Source: Schmidtea polychroa (taxonomy: Eukaryota). Taken from it: a stretch of 64,000 nt of DNA. The position numbers and the translations under genes were made by a program. The first letter of the stretch is position 1. Every line of letters begins with the position of its first letter. Below are positions 39,454 through 55,200 of the stretch, piece by piece. Below the pieces are notes generated by a model. It was not told the DNA's origin and searched no databases. It saw nothing but the letters and a program-made list of their open reading frames with translations. The stretch covers positions 45,944,001 through 46,008,000 of the forward strand of contig CM097885.1 in assembly GCA_044892525.1 (NCBI GenBank). The letters run 5' to 3'.

Positions 39454-41140
39454 AAATTTTAATGACAATTTCAAAGACACAACTATTAATTTTAATACTT
39501 TTGTTGGGTTATTAATTAGTAAGTCGGTTAATCTCTGACTTTTAATTTTTCTAAATGGGCAATCATCTTTTTGGTATGTCTATTTCAGTAAAGAACTCGG
39601 TTACAATTATTTTGCCTCTTCGACTGTTCTATCCTTTTGACACTCTAACTTTATTTTTGAATTCTTCGACCAACTGGCAATTTATCTCTTTTTCTACTCT
39701 CATTTTATACTGTTGTCAAGATGGTGATTTGCTTGATATGGGGCAGTTTTTTCCGAATTTTTAGATGAATTTTTATTATAACACATTAATTTTACCCGTA
39801 TTTTCCACATCGCGCTTACTCCGTTTTATTAACAATTACTTTGGTGATTATTCTGAGTTCTCACATAGCTCGGCTCTTTACACAGCTCGGGTTTCCCGTT
39901 AGTAAATTAATTCATTTTAGTTACTTTCACTAATGATCCTTTACTTAATTTTTATTTTTGGATTTGCCTCATGATTTGACATTTAATCATACCCGTTTCC
40001 CAATACAATATTAATTTTCAATTTTTAATGAATTTAACCTAGTTTTGCATTTTTATTATTTTTGATTTTTTATTGATTTTAACCTGCTTTCATTTTATTT
40101 TTGTGCCTCTGTATATTAATTCAAATACTTTTATTAATATGCGCTCACAACAATAGTATCACATAAACAAAATTCAAATTCACAAACTTATTACAATTAA
40201 AGAATTTGGGCGTGTTCTATAAATTATTGAAAGAAAAATTACAGTGCCGTTAAATTTAGCGTTTTCAGTTTTAAAAATCCGTTACGATCTACGGTTGTGT
40301 ATCAGGTTACGAAGAAATGCAAATATGAAAGACTGGAAGAGTGTCTCAGTGGTGTTAATTCTCGAAAAGTAATAATAACACAGATAAATATGGAAAAATC
40401 ATACTTTACGTATTTTAATTATAGTTACGTTCTCTGCCTCTTTTTATGTTAATGATCGATTACTTGATCAGTTACTTGGATTCGCCAAAGTTGACGAGTA
40501 CTCCACATATCCGATTATATGTCAGAGTACAAAATTTTTCCACTTGAATAGTTTTCTAAAAGCTTCTAAGTCTATATCAGTAAAACTTATATACAAATTT
40601 CGAAAATATTGATTTTATTATCCGTACTTATAGTTATTTCTAGACTTCATTAACCAATCAGAATTATCTATCATGTAATTTATAAAATTATTTTAAAATT
40701 ATTAGGTTTAATGATATTTATTTTAGTGTTAACTTTAGTAATTAAATATAAGGTTTTTGTAGTTTATGCGGTTTATGCAGTTTCTTGACCCATGGTACAG
40801 ACCGGTGTCAGTCCACGGACCTCCACTTTGGTAGACACTGATATATGTGACTGTGAAGGAGATATAATTAATGAATTGAACATTGAAAAATTGTGGGCTT
40901 GTCTCCGAGCATGAAAATAAGATGATTTAATATTTAGCTCTAATGTTTAAATGTTTGAGTGGAAATAAGATTGCTGAAGAATATTAAGTATTATTTTTCT
41001 CTTGCAATTTGGTCATGTTTTTTCAATCTCTCTTTCAAATCATCGAATAATTTTAAATTCTGCATTTTGAGATCCTTCTTTATTTCTTTATCTTCAAGCG
41101 AATTAAACATTAAAAATTTCTGTAATTCTTCTTCAAAATC

Positions 41141-41264
41141 ACTTGATAAATGCAGTGCCGAAAGTTTGTGAATATAAAAAAACATCGATATCTTTACTGA
41201 TTCATAGTCGATATTTTAATAATAGAAAAGAAATCAGGGGTGAAAATTGAAAGAAGTTTTTATT
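41141..41264 (+). repeat. Dispersed ~130-bp repeat family copy
   Basis: Matches 4963-5093. Confidence 0.8.
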
Positions 41265-42812
41265 ATACTTCTTCATTCAGTTTATGTTTCAAAATATTTT
41301 TCGATTTTTGAACAAAATATTTCACCATTGTCATTTCCTTGGTGATAATTAAGTGCTTCATTGAGATCATTAATAAGACTTCCATTTTTGGAAAATGCTT
41401 TTCTTAATTTCTCTGTATAGTAATGATAATAATATTAATATTAATGATGATGATAATAATAAAGATAATAACAATGTTGTTAATAATGTTATTGATAATA
41501 ATGATAATAATATTATTAATGATGATAATAATGATAATAATATTGATGATGATATAGGCGCCCCAATATTCCGAATATGGGGGGGGGGGGGTGAAATGTA
41601 ATGAATTTACCTTTTGAGTGGTTGGTCCGACCACTTCTGACATCATTGTTGTTGTTTGGTCTTCCTTGTCTGATGAGAAATTATTGTCATTTGAAGGACT
41701 AGAGATGACTGCAATTGCAGTTAATAACATTAACTGTCCATAGAAATTAGTTCGAGATAGGCGAGTGGCATTTTCATTATTTTGATAATGGGATCTGACT
41801 GAATGAATATCGGAGTATTATTGTCCACAAGTTTCTTTGGTTCATTCTTTTTATCAGTCAATTCGATTGAACTTTTACAGATATATTCTAATAATTTAAC
41901 GTTTTCGAGTACTGCTTTATTTCCATCGCAAGTTTTTTGTCTGGAGAAGTTTCTTTAATGATGAAGTATACTCACAATGAGACCAATAATACGATAATAA
42001 CAAATGTCTTTAACCTTAGACCGATAATTAATGAATTATATTATCGTTACTTATTTGAAAATGTTACATCGGCGCACAAATGTAAAATCCAACAATTCCC
42101 GATAGAAGTAGATGAAGAACCTGGTAGATCATTGTAACAATCAAATTATGCAACTATATATATATATAAATATAAAGAGATCTGTAGTGACCGGAATTTC
42201 CTGATTGTAATATTGGTTGAACTGTAGTGCTGGTATTGGTTGACGAATTGCATCTGAATTTCTGGTATAATTTTGGTTTCTGTAATCCATCTTTTTTGCT
42301 TTGTTGTAATATAAATTTTTTGAACGTTCTTTTTTCTGTTTATTGAACTAAGTGCCTCTTTTATATTTTAAATTATTGTCTAATATAATGTAATATTATC
42401 TATTTAAGTAAATACTAATAAAGCGAAGACACTACACTGATATTGAACAGAACTTATATTTTGCTCAGCAATCAATTCAAGAAAATGTGGCAGTTATAAA
42501 GTGCTTGAGGATGATTTTCGTTTCTTATTTAAGAAAATAGATGTTTATAAAGCATCAAGAAAAATAATGAAAAATCTTGAAAAGTTGCAACAACGCAAAA
42601 TAAGAGGAACTTCACCGCTTCTGGAGTTTTTGTCTCCAAACATAGAACACGATTATTGGATCAATCAGTAGGTAGTTTGTGAGTATCCCAATGTTTTGAT
42701 TTTGTTTTCGTTAATTTTTTCCACCTTATTTTCCTTATTAATACTGGTTTGTGTAGAACTACAATATGTTTTATAAATCTTGAGATTCCCAATAATTTTT
42801 TAAGAGAATTCC

Positions 42813-43214
42813 TTAATCTTGAGAAAGCAAAAAGTTCGGAAAACTGCTATAGGTAAGTACTCTTTTAACGGAATTTCGAATTGAATAGTAACGGTGTAGG
42901 AACATAATAATCGGAAAAATATATTTATTGGATTCCACATCTTTGTACAGAGTGTATCTGGTATTTTCGAATTTAGGAATGGCATTACATTTCATTGAAT
43001 ATGACTCTCCTGATTTCTGGTTGTTTAGAAATTCAATTGTGATGGTGCAGTTTCCATTATCCGAACGTAATTGTTGATTTAAACTTGATTTATCCATTGA
43101 CTTCATGTTCTGTGATCTGGCAACGAGTAGAAGTATCAGCAGCTTTAAGAGATTTCTTATTTGCAATGTCCAATTGATAAGTGAGGCATTTTCTAGATTC
43201 ACAAATTGTTCCAA
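42813..43214 (-). mobile_element. Possible tyrosine-recombinase fragment (DIRS/Ngaro/Crypton-like)
   Basis: LLKLLILLLVARSQNMKSMD...ITIEF....KSG...IFPIIMFLHRYYSIR resembles YR box I (hydrophobic helix-R-x-x-x-L), the catalytic K loop and the CPV..L..Y region. Confidence 0.35.
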
Positions 43215-44699
43215 TTAGACAGTTTTGAGCACATTTTTATTGATTAAAAGAGGGAGATGTTTGAAAGAAAGTGTATATTAAAACAGAAGTTAAAACAATG
43301 TATTTTAACTTAATTAATTTAATAATGTACTTGAAATTTAATTATGAAATTAATATATTTATTAATTTGAAAGTCACAGGCACTACAAGCGGCTCTAGCA
43401 ACTTTTAAAAAATTGATGAATATTTTTTTGCATGGAATTAACTGAAATTTAAACCTTGTATATTTAGAAGGTATCTTAATTTTTTCAAAGGAATTAAGTA
43501 AATGGTATTACAAAAGTACATTTATTTTAGAAAAAATAAGATAGACAACATCAAAATGTCAATTTCTAAAATGAAAAGTGAAGTTCATGAGGAATATAAT
43601 AAGTAAAAATGGGTTGAAAACTGATAATGATATAATCCTAACAATAAAAGATTATTAATATTAAAAATAATAGAAAAATTGTATGAAATTAAAGAAAAGA
43701 AATTAATTTGGCCAGATTAATCTGAAAAGGCACTTATGTTGACTTTCTCTTCCCTCATTAAGTTCTTAGGAGCCAGTATTTGACTATGTAAATATTCGAT
43801 ATCAATGCATTTTCGAGGAAGTTGTTTGCAGAATGAAGGAAACCATTAAGCAACTCGCTGTTAATAAACTCTAATACTTTTGTGTTTTGGATTCAGTTAC
43901 ATATTGTTTCTCTTTTCTTAAACTAGTACTTTTTAGATCACCCAGAATGAGGAGTAATGCTGATGTCTCTGTTTTTGAATGCAACGATGACATTATTAAC
44001 TGTAATTTTTGGGAAATTATAATAATGCCGATACTTGCCTTATTGACTGTCCAGATTCATATGCGCAAACAATCATTACTCGTTCAAAATTTGTAAGCTG
44101 TGCTTCCTCCTGTGTGCTACAAGCAGGCTATAGCTACGTTAGGATCTTTTTATCTGTAATTGGCTACTTAAAACGATCACAGAGTGCATCTATTTACCAT
44201 ATACTTAAAACGATCAGAGTCCATCTATTTACCATATACTTTTACATTACATTTACCCTTCCCATTCGCATTCAGCGACTTTCACACAACGTCACCAAGT
44301 ATTACTTTATCTGCATTGGCAATCGTCGTTTATACTAGTGTCCGGGGACGTTTTTGAAGATTGTGTAAATACTTTTTTATTATTTAATGAAGAGAAAGTA
44401 ATTTTAATACAAACTATGTTTATTTAAAAAAAAACCTTACGGACCTTTTTTGTGATGAACTATCTTCTTCCCATTACCTAACATGGTGCGGGTCATTTAT
44501 ATTGCTATTGTTAAAAGGATATGTATGACATCTAGAAGTACGTCTAAACAAATTTATCTCCCAAACAAGAACCAAAATTTGCTCTTTTAAAAAATGAAAT
44601 GGAATCCTACGAGAAACCAGTCGGATTTTTACAGTAAAATAATACGTAAGTTTTTAATAATATTTTTATTAATGACAGCAAGGATAGTTATTAGAAATC

Positions 44700-45300
44700 C
44701 CCTTCACTTTCTTGCAACGCTGCAAATTTGTTCATGACTTCATCAAAATTTATTTTTTCTGCTCAAGTAATCTCAAGTAATTTTCTATTAATTTTAACTT
44801 CCTAAACGAAACAGAATTTACTGGAATTGTTAGGAAATTTCTAAATGATATTCCAATATTTGGAAAAGATTCTTTCATTTCAAAATTACAAATAAAAACG
44901 AACCGATTCGTGTGGAACCGGAAAATAATGTTGAAAATGAAAAATCATGAGCATTAAAATCACGGCAATATTTAAATGACAGATTTTTGCGGCGTTTTCA
45001 AGATTCCACAAATCAGATTCGACGAGCATTTTGCTAGTCAGAAAACTGAATAAATAAAATTTTGATTTTAGATTTTTCTCTAATATTTTAAAAACATCAT
45101 CTGCTTGATTAAAAAATAACTCTTGCAGATAAAATTCGCTTTTTTCTTCAAAATTTTTCATTCATTTTCCATGAACGTGAGTCCAGAAAATGATCTGAAA
45201 TATTGCGGTTTTTGCTTTTTAAGTAATTTTATCAAATTTATTTTCATTAATATCTTTCAAAATTTTCTTTATAGTTTAAGACAGCTTTTCCCAACGTTGG
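44700..45300 (-). mobile_element. hAT transposase C-terminal remnant
   Basis: The minus strand reads MKESFPNIGISFRNFLTIPVNSVSFRKLKLIENYLR (~44880-44770) and FDEVMNKFAALQ. Confidence 0.75.
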
Positions 45301-46631
45301 ATGTACTCTATCTAGAAGGGACTTCGTTAAAAAATTATTAGTTTAGTGCTTCTTGAAATATTGAGCCTAAGCAAGATGAGTGTTCGCCTAGACCTTGTAC
45401 CGGCTCTTTTTGGGTAGTTCTGCAAAGATTTTTTGACAGTTATATTAGACAGCATGTGACAACAATGCTACAGATTCAAAAATATGATTATATTTTTATA
45501 ATATTTGCATATATATTATAGGGTCACAAATGGAATTCTCTTGGACAGTTCAACCAAATGTGGCGTGTTTGGAAAGGAATGTGAACAATTATTTTAAATC
45601 CAAATTGTGGTCTAATTTTTAGTGAAAGAAAAGTAAAGTAGCATTATTCTTTTTTATTAAATTAACATTTTCCACATATATTTCATACATATATAAATAA
45701 AAAGATTTTGAAAACAAACATTTATTGGAATGTACTAAAATGGAAAAATATTTTTTTTTATTACATTTAGCCTCAGAACTAAAACAGGATAAAACTATGG
45801 TGTGTAATGATTGGTTTGACCTCTTTATATGAACATTTATATTGCTCTAATATGTTGATATATTGGTTACCTTCCTCATTTTTTATAAAAAGCAAAATAG
45901 ATAATTGAATTTTTTGTTTTATTTTATTTTCAAAAATACTACATAATAATAATAGACATATTTGTTGATTTCATAATAAAATAGAATATGTCAACATGTT
46001 TATTTTTAATCTAATCACTAATCTTAAATAACTTAAAATTTATCAACATAGTTTGAAAATATTCTTTAGCAAAATATTCAATAATTTTATGTTATAGGAA
46101 AGCCCTTCACGATCTGTGGTGCGCGTGTCCGTACCCGTACGTGCTACTGTAACGCGATAAGTGATGAATTAGTAATGAAAACAATATTTAGTGTAATTTT
46201 TTTTTCTGTGTCGATAATATTCATATCCTGCGCAGAAATTTATAGTGCATCTTTACGTGTATAGGAACCTTTTTAAAAAAGCAGTTGATAATTTAGGAAA
46301 ACTTTAATGTGGTAGGGGTACAATTCCTAAAGTAAAAAATACAAAAGAAGCAATGAAATTAATTGTACTTTTCTTTTGTTGTGATGAATAGGATTATTAT
46401 AAATTTTCTGGAGAAGATTTTGTAGTTTGTTTGGCAAAAAAAATTAATAGTTTTTTAAAGTAAAAATATTTATTTTAGTAATTTAATTTATTTCCGTTGA
46501 TTTAGTTGAGTAGATTAGGATAGAAAATTCTGTGGGCAAAAAAATAGTATATATTTTCTTACTGTAAAATATTGTTGAGTGACCGATCCTAATTTATTTT
46601 CAATCTGTATTGTTGTATATGTATACATATG

Positions 46632-47045
46632 CAGGCCCGCCGACAGCAATTCCGGGCCCCTAGGTAGAGCATTTTATGGGCCCCTAAACAATTGTTAATC
46701 GTACAATGCATAAAATAGCATATGATGTTTTATTTGACGTAGTAGCCTGTGGCCAGTGGGTGTGTTCTATAGTACACAAATGATACGTATGGTTTCAGTT
46801 TCAGTAATCATGGTTAGTAAATATAACTGTTCCAGTATTAAAAAAAAACTCAAAACTTTATTTAGTTTATTTTTGAATATTGATACCGATGTTGATGTTC
46901 GTTCAATTTATTCTGTTGGAATTCAGATTCTTGAACTTTAAACTGATTGTAGTTAAGTCAACTTAAGTGTCAGTAATATTATATTTAAATACATTACAAA
47001 TCGAACTGGGCCCCTGGGCATTTGCACCCCCTCTCGGCGGACCTG
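46632..47045. mobile_element. hAT-type MITE
   Basis: TIRs caggcccgccga / tcggcggacctg, subterminal gggcccct motifs, degenerate 8-bp TSD tacatatg/tgtatatg. Confidence 0.7.
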
Positions 47046-48781
47046 TGTATATGCATAAGTATAGCCGTACCTCATTCGAATTTTATTTTGTTAACCTTAC
47101 TGTTGAACTTAGAGGACACAGTTGTAACTTTGATACTTCCCACTATAATAATTAAATGGCAGTAATTTTTAGTTTTTTCATCTCACTTTAGCTGCTTTAA
47201 TTAATAATTTACAACTTTTAATAATTTTAGGGTTGTATTTTATATCTTGCAATTTTTGAATCTGTTTTATAAAATTAACATGCAAAAATAATTGTTTCAT
47301 TTATGAAACGCCATAGACTTTTAAAGATGATGAGCAGGCCCGGTTTGAAGCGTAAACAACGTCGGCATTTTTTTGACTTTTCGAAAGTGGAATTTTCTAA
47401 TTTTTTGTCAATTCCACTAAGAAAAATAAAATGTTTTTTATGGGTTGGAGTCGAAATCTTGAAAAAAAAATCAAAAAAAAATAATTTTTCGTATTAAAAT
47501 ACAAATATTTGTATTAAGTTCAGATATTCAGTGTTTCTCTATTTTTCTTCAATTAAAATATTACAACATTTTTTTATTCTTGTGGTGGCAAATTCGCATC
47601 TCGCATACACACAGAAAACTCCTAGAACCGGCACTGATGATGAGATAACATTTTATTTTAAATGCGCCTATAATTATGCACATTACTGATACATGGGTAC
47701 CGGCAATTTTTGAAATTTTAATTGACACATTAAAACAAACTTTCGTTCTAAAAAATTCATTTAATATGAATAATTGATATATCAAAGAAATAAATCTAAA
47801 ACAAAACAATAAAATAACTTTTTTAAAACATATAAAGATTTTTATACAGTAAGTCAGTAGACTGTAGTCTATTCGAAAATTTCCACCAAAATAGTCAATT
47901 AGTTATTATTCGGGTCTCATAGAGCTCTGATTTTCTTGAAAATATGTTGAGAGGACTAAAAAGATTTGACATAGTTCTCCTCCCATAGACCTTGTTTTTT
48001 TTCTGCACCATCTTTCAAAAGAACCTGCCCGCGCCCTTGATTCATAATATGAGTACACCTGCAAGTAGATATAATTTACTTGATTTCAGTTTTAGAGATG
48101 CTTATAGACTTGTTGCCCTTGTGATATGCAATTATTTATATTTTGTTTTAAAATATTGTTAAAATTTAGAAATTTAATTAATGATTAGTTCGTCATTTCT
48201 TTTTATATTAAGCACTGGGCTATGGATATTTTACATTCGTATTATCATATCCTTGAAACGCCTCTATCTAAGATTTATTGAAAGGATGCGCTTTTCAGGC
48301 AGTAAAATAATCTTAGTTTGGTACAAAATATATAATAAAAAATGTTAAAAAACCAAAAACTTAAATTTTAGAAATACACTTTATATAACCGTGCGCACCA
48401 AACAATGACAAAGCTAATCTTTATGGGATCGTCAAAGTATCAAACAGCTAACTGAGATTAATGCCAAAAAGCTAAATATTATTTAATTGAAGTCTGAATA
48501 AAAACAATTAACAAAACTATAATAATTTCCAAAATGGGAAAATTTCCATCTGGAACGAAAAAAAACATCAACATAAATATCAGCGGTTTTGTTGACAGTA
48601 GAATTGAAACTCTTTCTTGATCACTGCTGGATGTGACTGTGCTGGGTTTGATGAGGAAAATAAATCTATCAAAATCTCTATAACTGAAATCAACCAAGCA
48701 TAAATAGAGCATATGCAAATCATGTGAAATACAAAGAATAACAGATGAAATTAACAGGACGGTTCTCGGCAATAAGATTCT

Positions 48782-48983
<202 letters not shown>

Positions 48984-50231
48984 ATATTAAAAATATATTC
49001 ATATTAATAATAATAATTATTATAAGTATAATTATAACGACAATAAAATTAATTTGCAGGATATTGTTATTTATTGAGTCTTAATTTTAGTTTAGTTTTC
49101 TTTTTAAGAATTTATAAATTTTAAAGTTTTCTTGTGCATTAAAAGAAAAAACGTATTTAATGAAAATGTTTAGCTAAGAAAATACATAAGAGGAGCACCA
49201 AGTAAATCATAAATAAATTAACAGAAAATCAATGTTGGGAAATTCAAACTTTTCGGGAAATTTTAAACTCAATTTCACAGTCAATTAATTATAATGAAAT
49301 TATTGATTTTCTATATTTTAACGGAAACATTTAAAATCATTAAAAACCACATTGAAAATTTTCTACGAATTTTTTGATAATTTAATTATTATAAATCATA
49401 TCAAAGTAATTTTTGGTTTGAAATAATATTTGTGTAAAATTAATTTCCCAGAAATCATTAGGTAATTCTTTGTTGATCTTGATTAAATATGAGATCATGA
49501 TCAGAAGTGGAAATTTCTCATGCTAAAACAATAAAATTACAGACAATTTTTAGAACTATTGTTATGAGTAAATATAATATTTATGCTGTATATACAATTT
49601 TGGTGTGTGTACTTATTGTTTTTTTTTAAGTGTGCTGGAGCAAAAAATCAGCCGGTCTGGGAGAATAATAACTGGGATACACTCACACACATAGAAAGTG
49701 GCATTATTCACAGCAAGCGGTTTTCACGACTGATATTTGTTTATTATTAATTTTAAAACAATCATAAAGACGCATCCTTGAGATGCTGGCACAGGCTCTT
49801 AACTTCAGCTCCCTTTTGCAAACAATCAAGATACACAAACGAGAGAAAACATTCTTTTCAAACAAATTCCTGGAAGATTAGTCAATATTAGCACAACCAT
49901 CTGTTAAAATTGGGAACTCGAAACAATAACAATATCATAAATAAAATAAATGTTTTCAATAAATTTTCCCACTTCTACAGATTTCTACTGATATATTTTT
50001 AATCAATAAATAGAGTAAATTTAACCAAGAAATAATTTTGAAAAGTTATTTATTTCGAAAATCCCAAAAATAATTGTTTTGACCTGATTGATATTTTGAC
50101 AGGTCTGCATCTCAGAGTTTTCTTGTAGAGAAATTTGAAATGTTTACAATAAATATTTATCTGTCATTGTTTATGACTTGGTAAATGCAGTTACAGATTT
50201 CTACTAGTTTTGATTTACTATTGAATATTTT

Positions 50232-50232
50232 A

Positions 50233-50295
<63 letters not shown>

Positions 50296-50334
50296 ATTAT
50301 TATTATTATTATTATTATTTTTTTTTTTTTTTTT
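50232..50334. repeat. (ATT)n microsatellite followed by poly-T
   Basis: Direct observation. Confidence 0.95.
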
Positions 50335-50509
50335 CATGTGTCAAATAAAAATAATTGTTATTTTTATTGTATTTGTAAATTTTTCATGAATTTCTAAAAT
50401 CATAATCTTAAAGAAAATGAGAAACTGATGAAAAGGTTAGTAGGTTTTACATGTGAAAAGGCTTTTTATCTAACATAAGTAATCATGTTTATTAATTCAT
50501 ATCATTTCA

Positions 50510-50516
<7 letters not shown>

Positions 50517-50604
<88 letters not shown>
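50517..50604. repeat. (TA)n microsatellite
   Basis: Direct observation. Confidence 0.98.
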
Positions 50605-50607
<3 letters not shown>

Positions 50608-52010
50608 CATAAGTGACCGCCTTGAATAATTTTTTGAATATAAATTAAATTGAATTTTTTTTCGTTTTCATTTAGTGAGTGGCCGCCAACTGGTAATATT
50701 AAGCGTCAAAGAATGATCTTTTTGTAAAGATTGTCTAAGGGTTGCTTTGTTCTTTAGTTTTGTAAACTGTGCTTATTCTATAATTTTTCACACACGTGAA
50801 AAATAACATGAATCTTTATATAGCTCTTTAGATAATCTCTCTCATTCATCTCATAAATAAAAATAACATATGCTGTAGATATTTACTTATATTTTCCGTC
50901 TCTCTCAATGCACAAAATATACATAATTTCAATATTTTACAGTGTTATTTTTCTTGCTTTTCTTTTCACAAAATAAATTTTCTCTATGAGACGATATAAT
51001 GGTATAGATAGAATGAAGTTTTGTAACGCAAAATTAAAAATCCAGGTTGAAACTTTCAAGGTAAGGCTTACTTTTTGGATTTTAAGATTTATAAAGAAAT
51101 TAAAAGACAATGAATTTTAGAAAATTTAGTTTTTGTATATTATTCATTAATTCCTCATTAAAAGTTTTTTATAAGATTGCTTAAAAAGGCGTTGAAATAA
51201 ATAAATTTGCAGTGATTGAGCAGCAGCTACTGACAACAATCATCGACTTTTTGTAATTTCATTTCTTTGGAAATAGATATAAAAAAGGCAATGCTTTATT
51301 TTGGCTTTAATAAAACTATAAAATAGATATTGGAGAGCAAAATCGAATAGGAAAATATCTATAAAATCTGAATAGAAATTATTATATTGGGAAACTATAC
51401 TTCATAATTGCTTATAACTGAAATACGAAACGCATTTAAAAAACCTTTTCTTTTATGCACTTGTAGACATCATTGTTAAGAAATTATTAACAGCGAGAGC
51501 TAGCATGAACCGACATTCTAATTTGACATCAGAATAAGAAGAAAAGTTGCAATAGATCAAGCAATAGAATGGAGATATTTCCCATAATAGCTACACGCAG
51601 TGACATTTTACAGATTTTACAAACTGCGTGTCAAATAAAATTATGCCCCCTAAAACGGTAAACATTTGATCTTTTAAAATAATAAAGGATTATTTCAGAT
51701 GACAGCTAGGTCACAAACAGCAAATCACAAATACAAAAATGTATTTTCATTTTTAAACTTTTAATAACCATGAAGGGCTAAAATAAATATATTAAAAATA
51801 TTATATTAAAAGATTGCATAAAAATAAACTGACAAAAGCAATACAATTCATAAAAAATGCTAAATATCTTATAAATGTTCCCAAAATCATTCCTGCTCTT
51901 AGATATTTTATTATGACATTCTTATTGTTGAGTTTGGTCACAGTGTTAGGGCACTTATTTTGTCATTAGATTTATCATTGATTATAGAAAGGCATTTTGA
52001 AAACTATTCC

Positions 52011-52237
52011 TTGAATTTATTAAAAAGAGAGTTTGAAAACTATAAATCAGTAATATATCAATGTTTGTTGATACTCACGAATTTTCGGCACTGCCTTTTT
52101 CAAGTGAATTCGTGAAAATTCGTGAATATTAACAAACATCGATATATTACTGATTTATAGTCTTCAAACTCTCTTTCTAATAAATTCAATGGAAAAAATA
52201 ATCAGTGGTGAAATTGGAAGAAAAAAAAGTTCTTATA
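52011..52237. repeat. Fold-back (head-to-head) copy of the dispersed repeat family
   Basis: ~75-bp imperfect inverted arms at 52011-52085 / 52115-52189. Confidence 0.85.
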
Positions 52238-55200
52238 AAATTATTCCTATCTTTACAATGCGTAATATCCTTCATTACTGATTGAAATTACAAAGAAATT
52301 GAAGCTGTTTCTTTTATAAGAAGGAAATATACCAAGTAAAAACGAAATTAGTTTATTTCAATAAAGAATCATTGAATAAGTGTTTTTTCCCGGACTTTCC
52401 TAATTTTAGTCTAATTTAAACTAATTTTTAATTTTCAGGGAAATATTTCTTTTCCCTAAAAATCCCGGGATATTTAAAAATGTTCTGTTTATTTTATAAA
52501 GACAAACTGTTAAATTCATTATCTAGATTATTTTAGTAGGAAACTAGATAAATATTCGACTTCACTCGATATCTTAAAACAATAAAATTTATTAAAATTG
52601 ACCTCTTTAAAAACTCCCTCCCTTTTGGTGTAGTTCACGGTCTAATTGGAAACTATCCAAGATCTCAGAGACCTTTAGTATCGCTTCTTCTTTTCATTTT
52701 GAACGGCCATGCAAGATTTCATAGCGCCTATTTACGCCTAATGATTTCAATGCCGGTAAATTAATAGAAATACGTTTCCATTTTTTCGACAAATGGCACT
52801 ATGGTAATTTTTTCAAAAAAATTAATTTTAAAATATGATGAAGACTTTCCAAAGATTGTAGAAAAAAATTTTCGGCTAAAACTAAATGAGTTTATTAAAA
52901 GAAAATACCTGTAAAAATGTTTTTTCATATAATTTTTGGAGAGTGTTTGTTTTTTTTATTTTGTTTCTATTTTTGTTCATAAATTATTCGAAAATTCATC
53001 AGAATTATTTATTTTGAAGCCCAAATTTTCTTCATTAGTCTCATCTCTCATAATTTCTATTTCAGTTTTATCTGAATAATTAAAGTGAGCTAAAATTAAA
53101 AATATATTTATTGACTATAATTATATAAAGATTTGACTTACTCCCTTGGTTAATAAAGCATGTGAAATGGGAAACTCAACATGGTAAACTTCCTTATATG
53201 ATGTCTTCATAAAGTTGATCGCAGTAGTAAAAAACAATAAAAAATTGTGCAATAGTGATTCTTATTATAATAAGGAGACTCTTCAATAAATGTTGAATGT
53301 TTCTTGAAGATATTTCACTTTCCACCCCACTTAAATATTAAATGATCACTAAATTACTTCAATTAGGTACTTAGGCAGTATTTGTCTAAGAGTGATTAGA
53401 TTCAATTCCTTTATTAAAACCTAAAATTGCATATTGTCCAGCTGCAGGAAAATTTTACCCAAAGTATTATAAAAATGGAAACATATATCCTATTGTACTG
53501 TATATTCGAATACATACTATTATAACCGACATAGAACGACTTTGAGTTACATGAACTTTGGCGCTTGGATAACCTAGAATTCTTTATCAGGCAGTGATGG
53601 TTATCTACTAGACTTCACTTGCATTAATGTAAAAGGTTCAAAAAGTGCAAATAGATGAGGAAATTAACAGGTCGCTATCTTTTATAAAGTGATCAAAAGA
53701 AATATTTTGCATGGATTCAAAAGTTTTATTGTTGATTAGTACCGTGTAAAGGGTAAGAAGTGTCCCAGGAGTAAATTTTTTGGAGGTTCAAAATAGTTTA
53801 AAAAATATTACGAAACCACAAAAATAATCCAAAAATATGTATTTTAGGTCACATGAAAAAAAAACAAATTAACAAAAACGCGTTACATATATTTTTTCTC
53901 ATGGTAAATGGCGTCCCCAATTTCCAGGCGCCTTTATGTGGAATTGAAGCTCATGAAGTCATATCTTCGCTCAACTATAGCACAAGACAGACTTTGTGGA
54001 TTAGTAATGATATCCATCAAACATGAACTAAGTTCTGAGCTTGATTATTTCTCAATTGATCTACGCTTTCGCAAGGCGTAAAATGCGCCGGGTTCCTCTT
54101 TGATTGAAACATTAAATGATGTGAAAAATGAAACTTATTTCATTTTTATTTTTTTTAGCTTTTAAGTAAACATTGACTATCAACTAATATAAACTTTGAA
54201 TTTAGGGGCCACAATACAGACAAGTAGCAGTGGGCCTCCAAAAGCCATGTGACGGCTATGAATGCGACAGAACCTGATCAAAGAAGGGCACCAAATCGAG
54301 AGGAGTATGCATTCAATTATTTAATTATTAGTTTTTATTTGTTTTATATAACAATGAAACGAAAGGATGTTTAATACGATTCCGAACACATTTCGTGTTA
54401 TCGTGAAGTTTTTGTTAAAATTAATAAAATTATTTAACATTTATTGTTAAGTTTATTTTAACTGATATTTTCCTATGCCATTTCCTTTTTTGAATAGGTA
54501 AATAATGAATATGCATATTTTTTAACAACAAATAACATTTATTCTTTGTATTTTATGTCTACATAGCATGCATGGTGAAAATATATTTTTATTCAAAAAA
54601 TGAAAATATTTACAATAAAAATAAATTACATCGTTCAATAATATTTTTGGGAAATAAAATCTAGCGTATTTATTTTAAAGAGTTTTTTACGCGGGAGAAA
54701 AGTGTGCAAGTTTGAAATTTTTTCTATTTTCTATTTTGAAAATTTGAATTTCTATGAAATTTTAATAATAAATTGAATTGGAAAACTTAACCGTTGGTCA
54801 TTGGTTAAATTCAAATTCAAAAATTCAAAAATAGTGCATCATATCGATTGATTATTGCACTGGTCATTATCGATTAATTATTCGATCGCAATTAGATTCC
54901 AATTGATGGAATTGATTATTATTAGTGCAGCACAAATTTATTGATTAAATCCGATATTGATTCTCAGATTTCAAGGCAAATCTTGGTTTGAGTTTCATGC
55001 AAATATTTAATGGGCATTGTAATATCGGGTAACATGATATTAATTATTATCCACATTAATTACGTAATTGTACCGATTAATATTAATTTGGCCAGTTTTA
55101 TGTGATGAGCCTTCAGATAGTTTTACACCTGATTACTTTTTTTGTTTTTTTTTACATAATAAAGAAATATATTTTTTAATATTACGAAATTAGACCTCAA

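Noticed and set aside
43887..44338. Cys-containing ORFs (TCLIDCPDSY) as a furin-like repeat exon
   Set aside because: The frame is broken and there is no consistent splice structure or partner exons.
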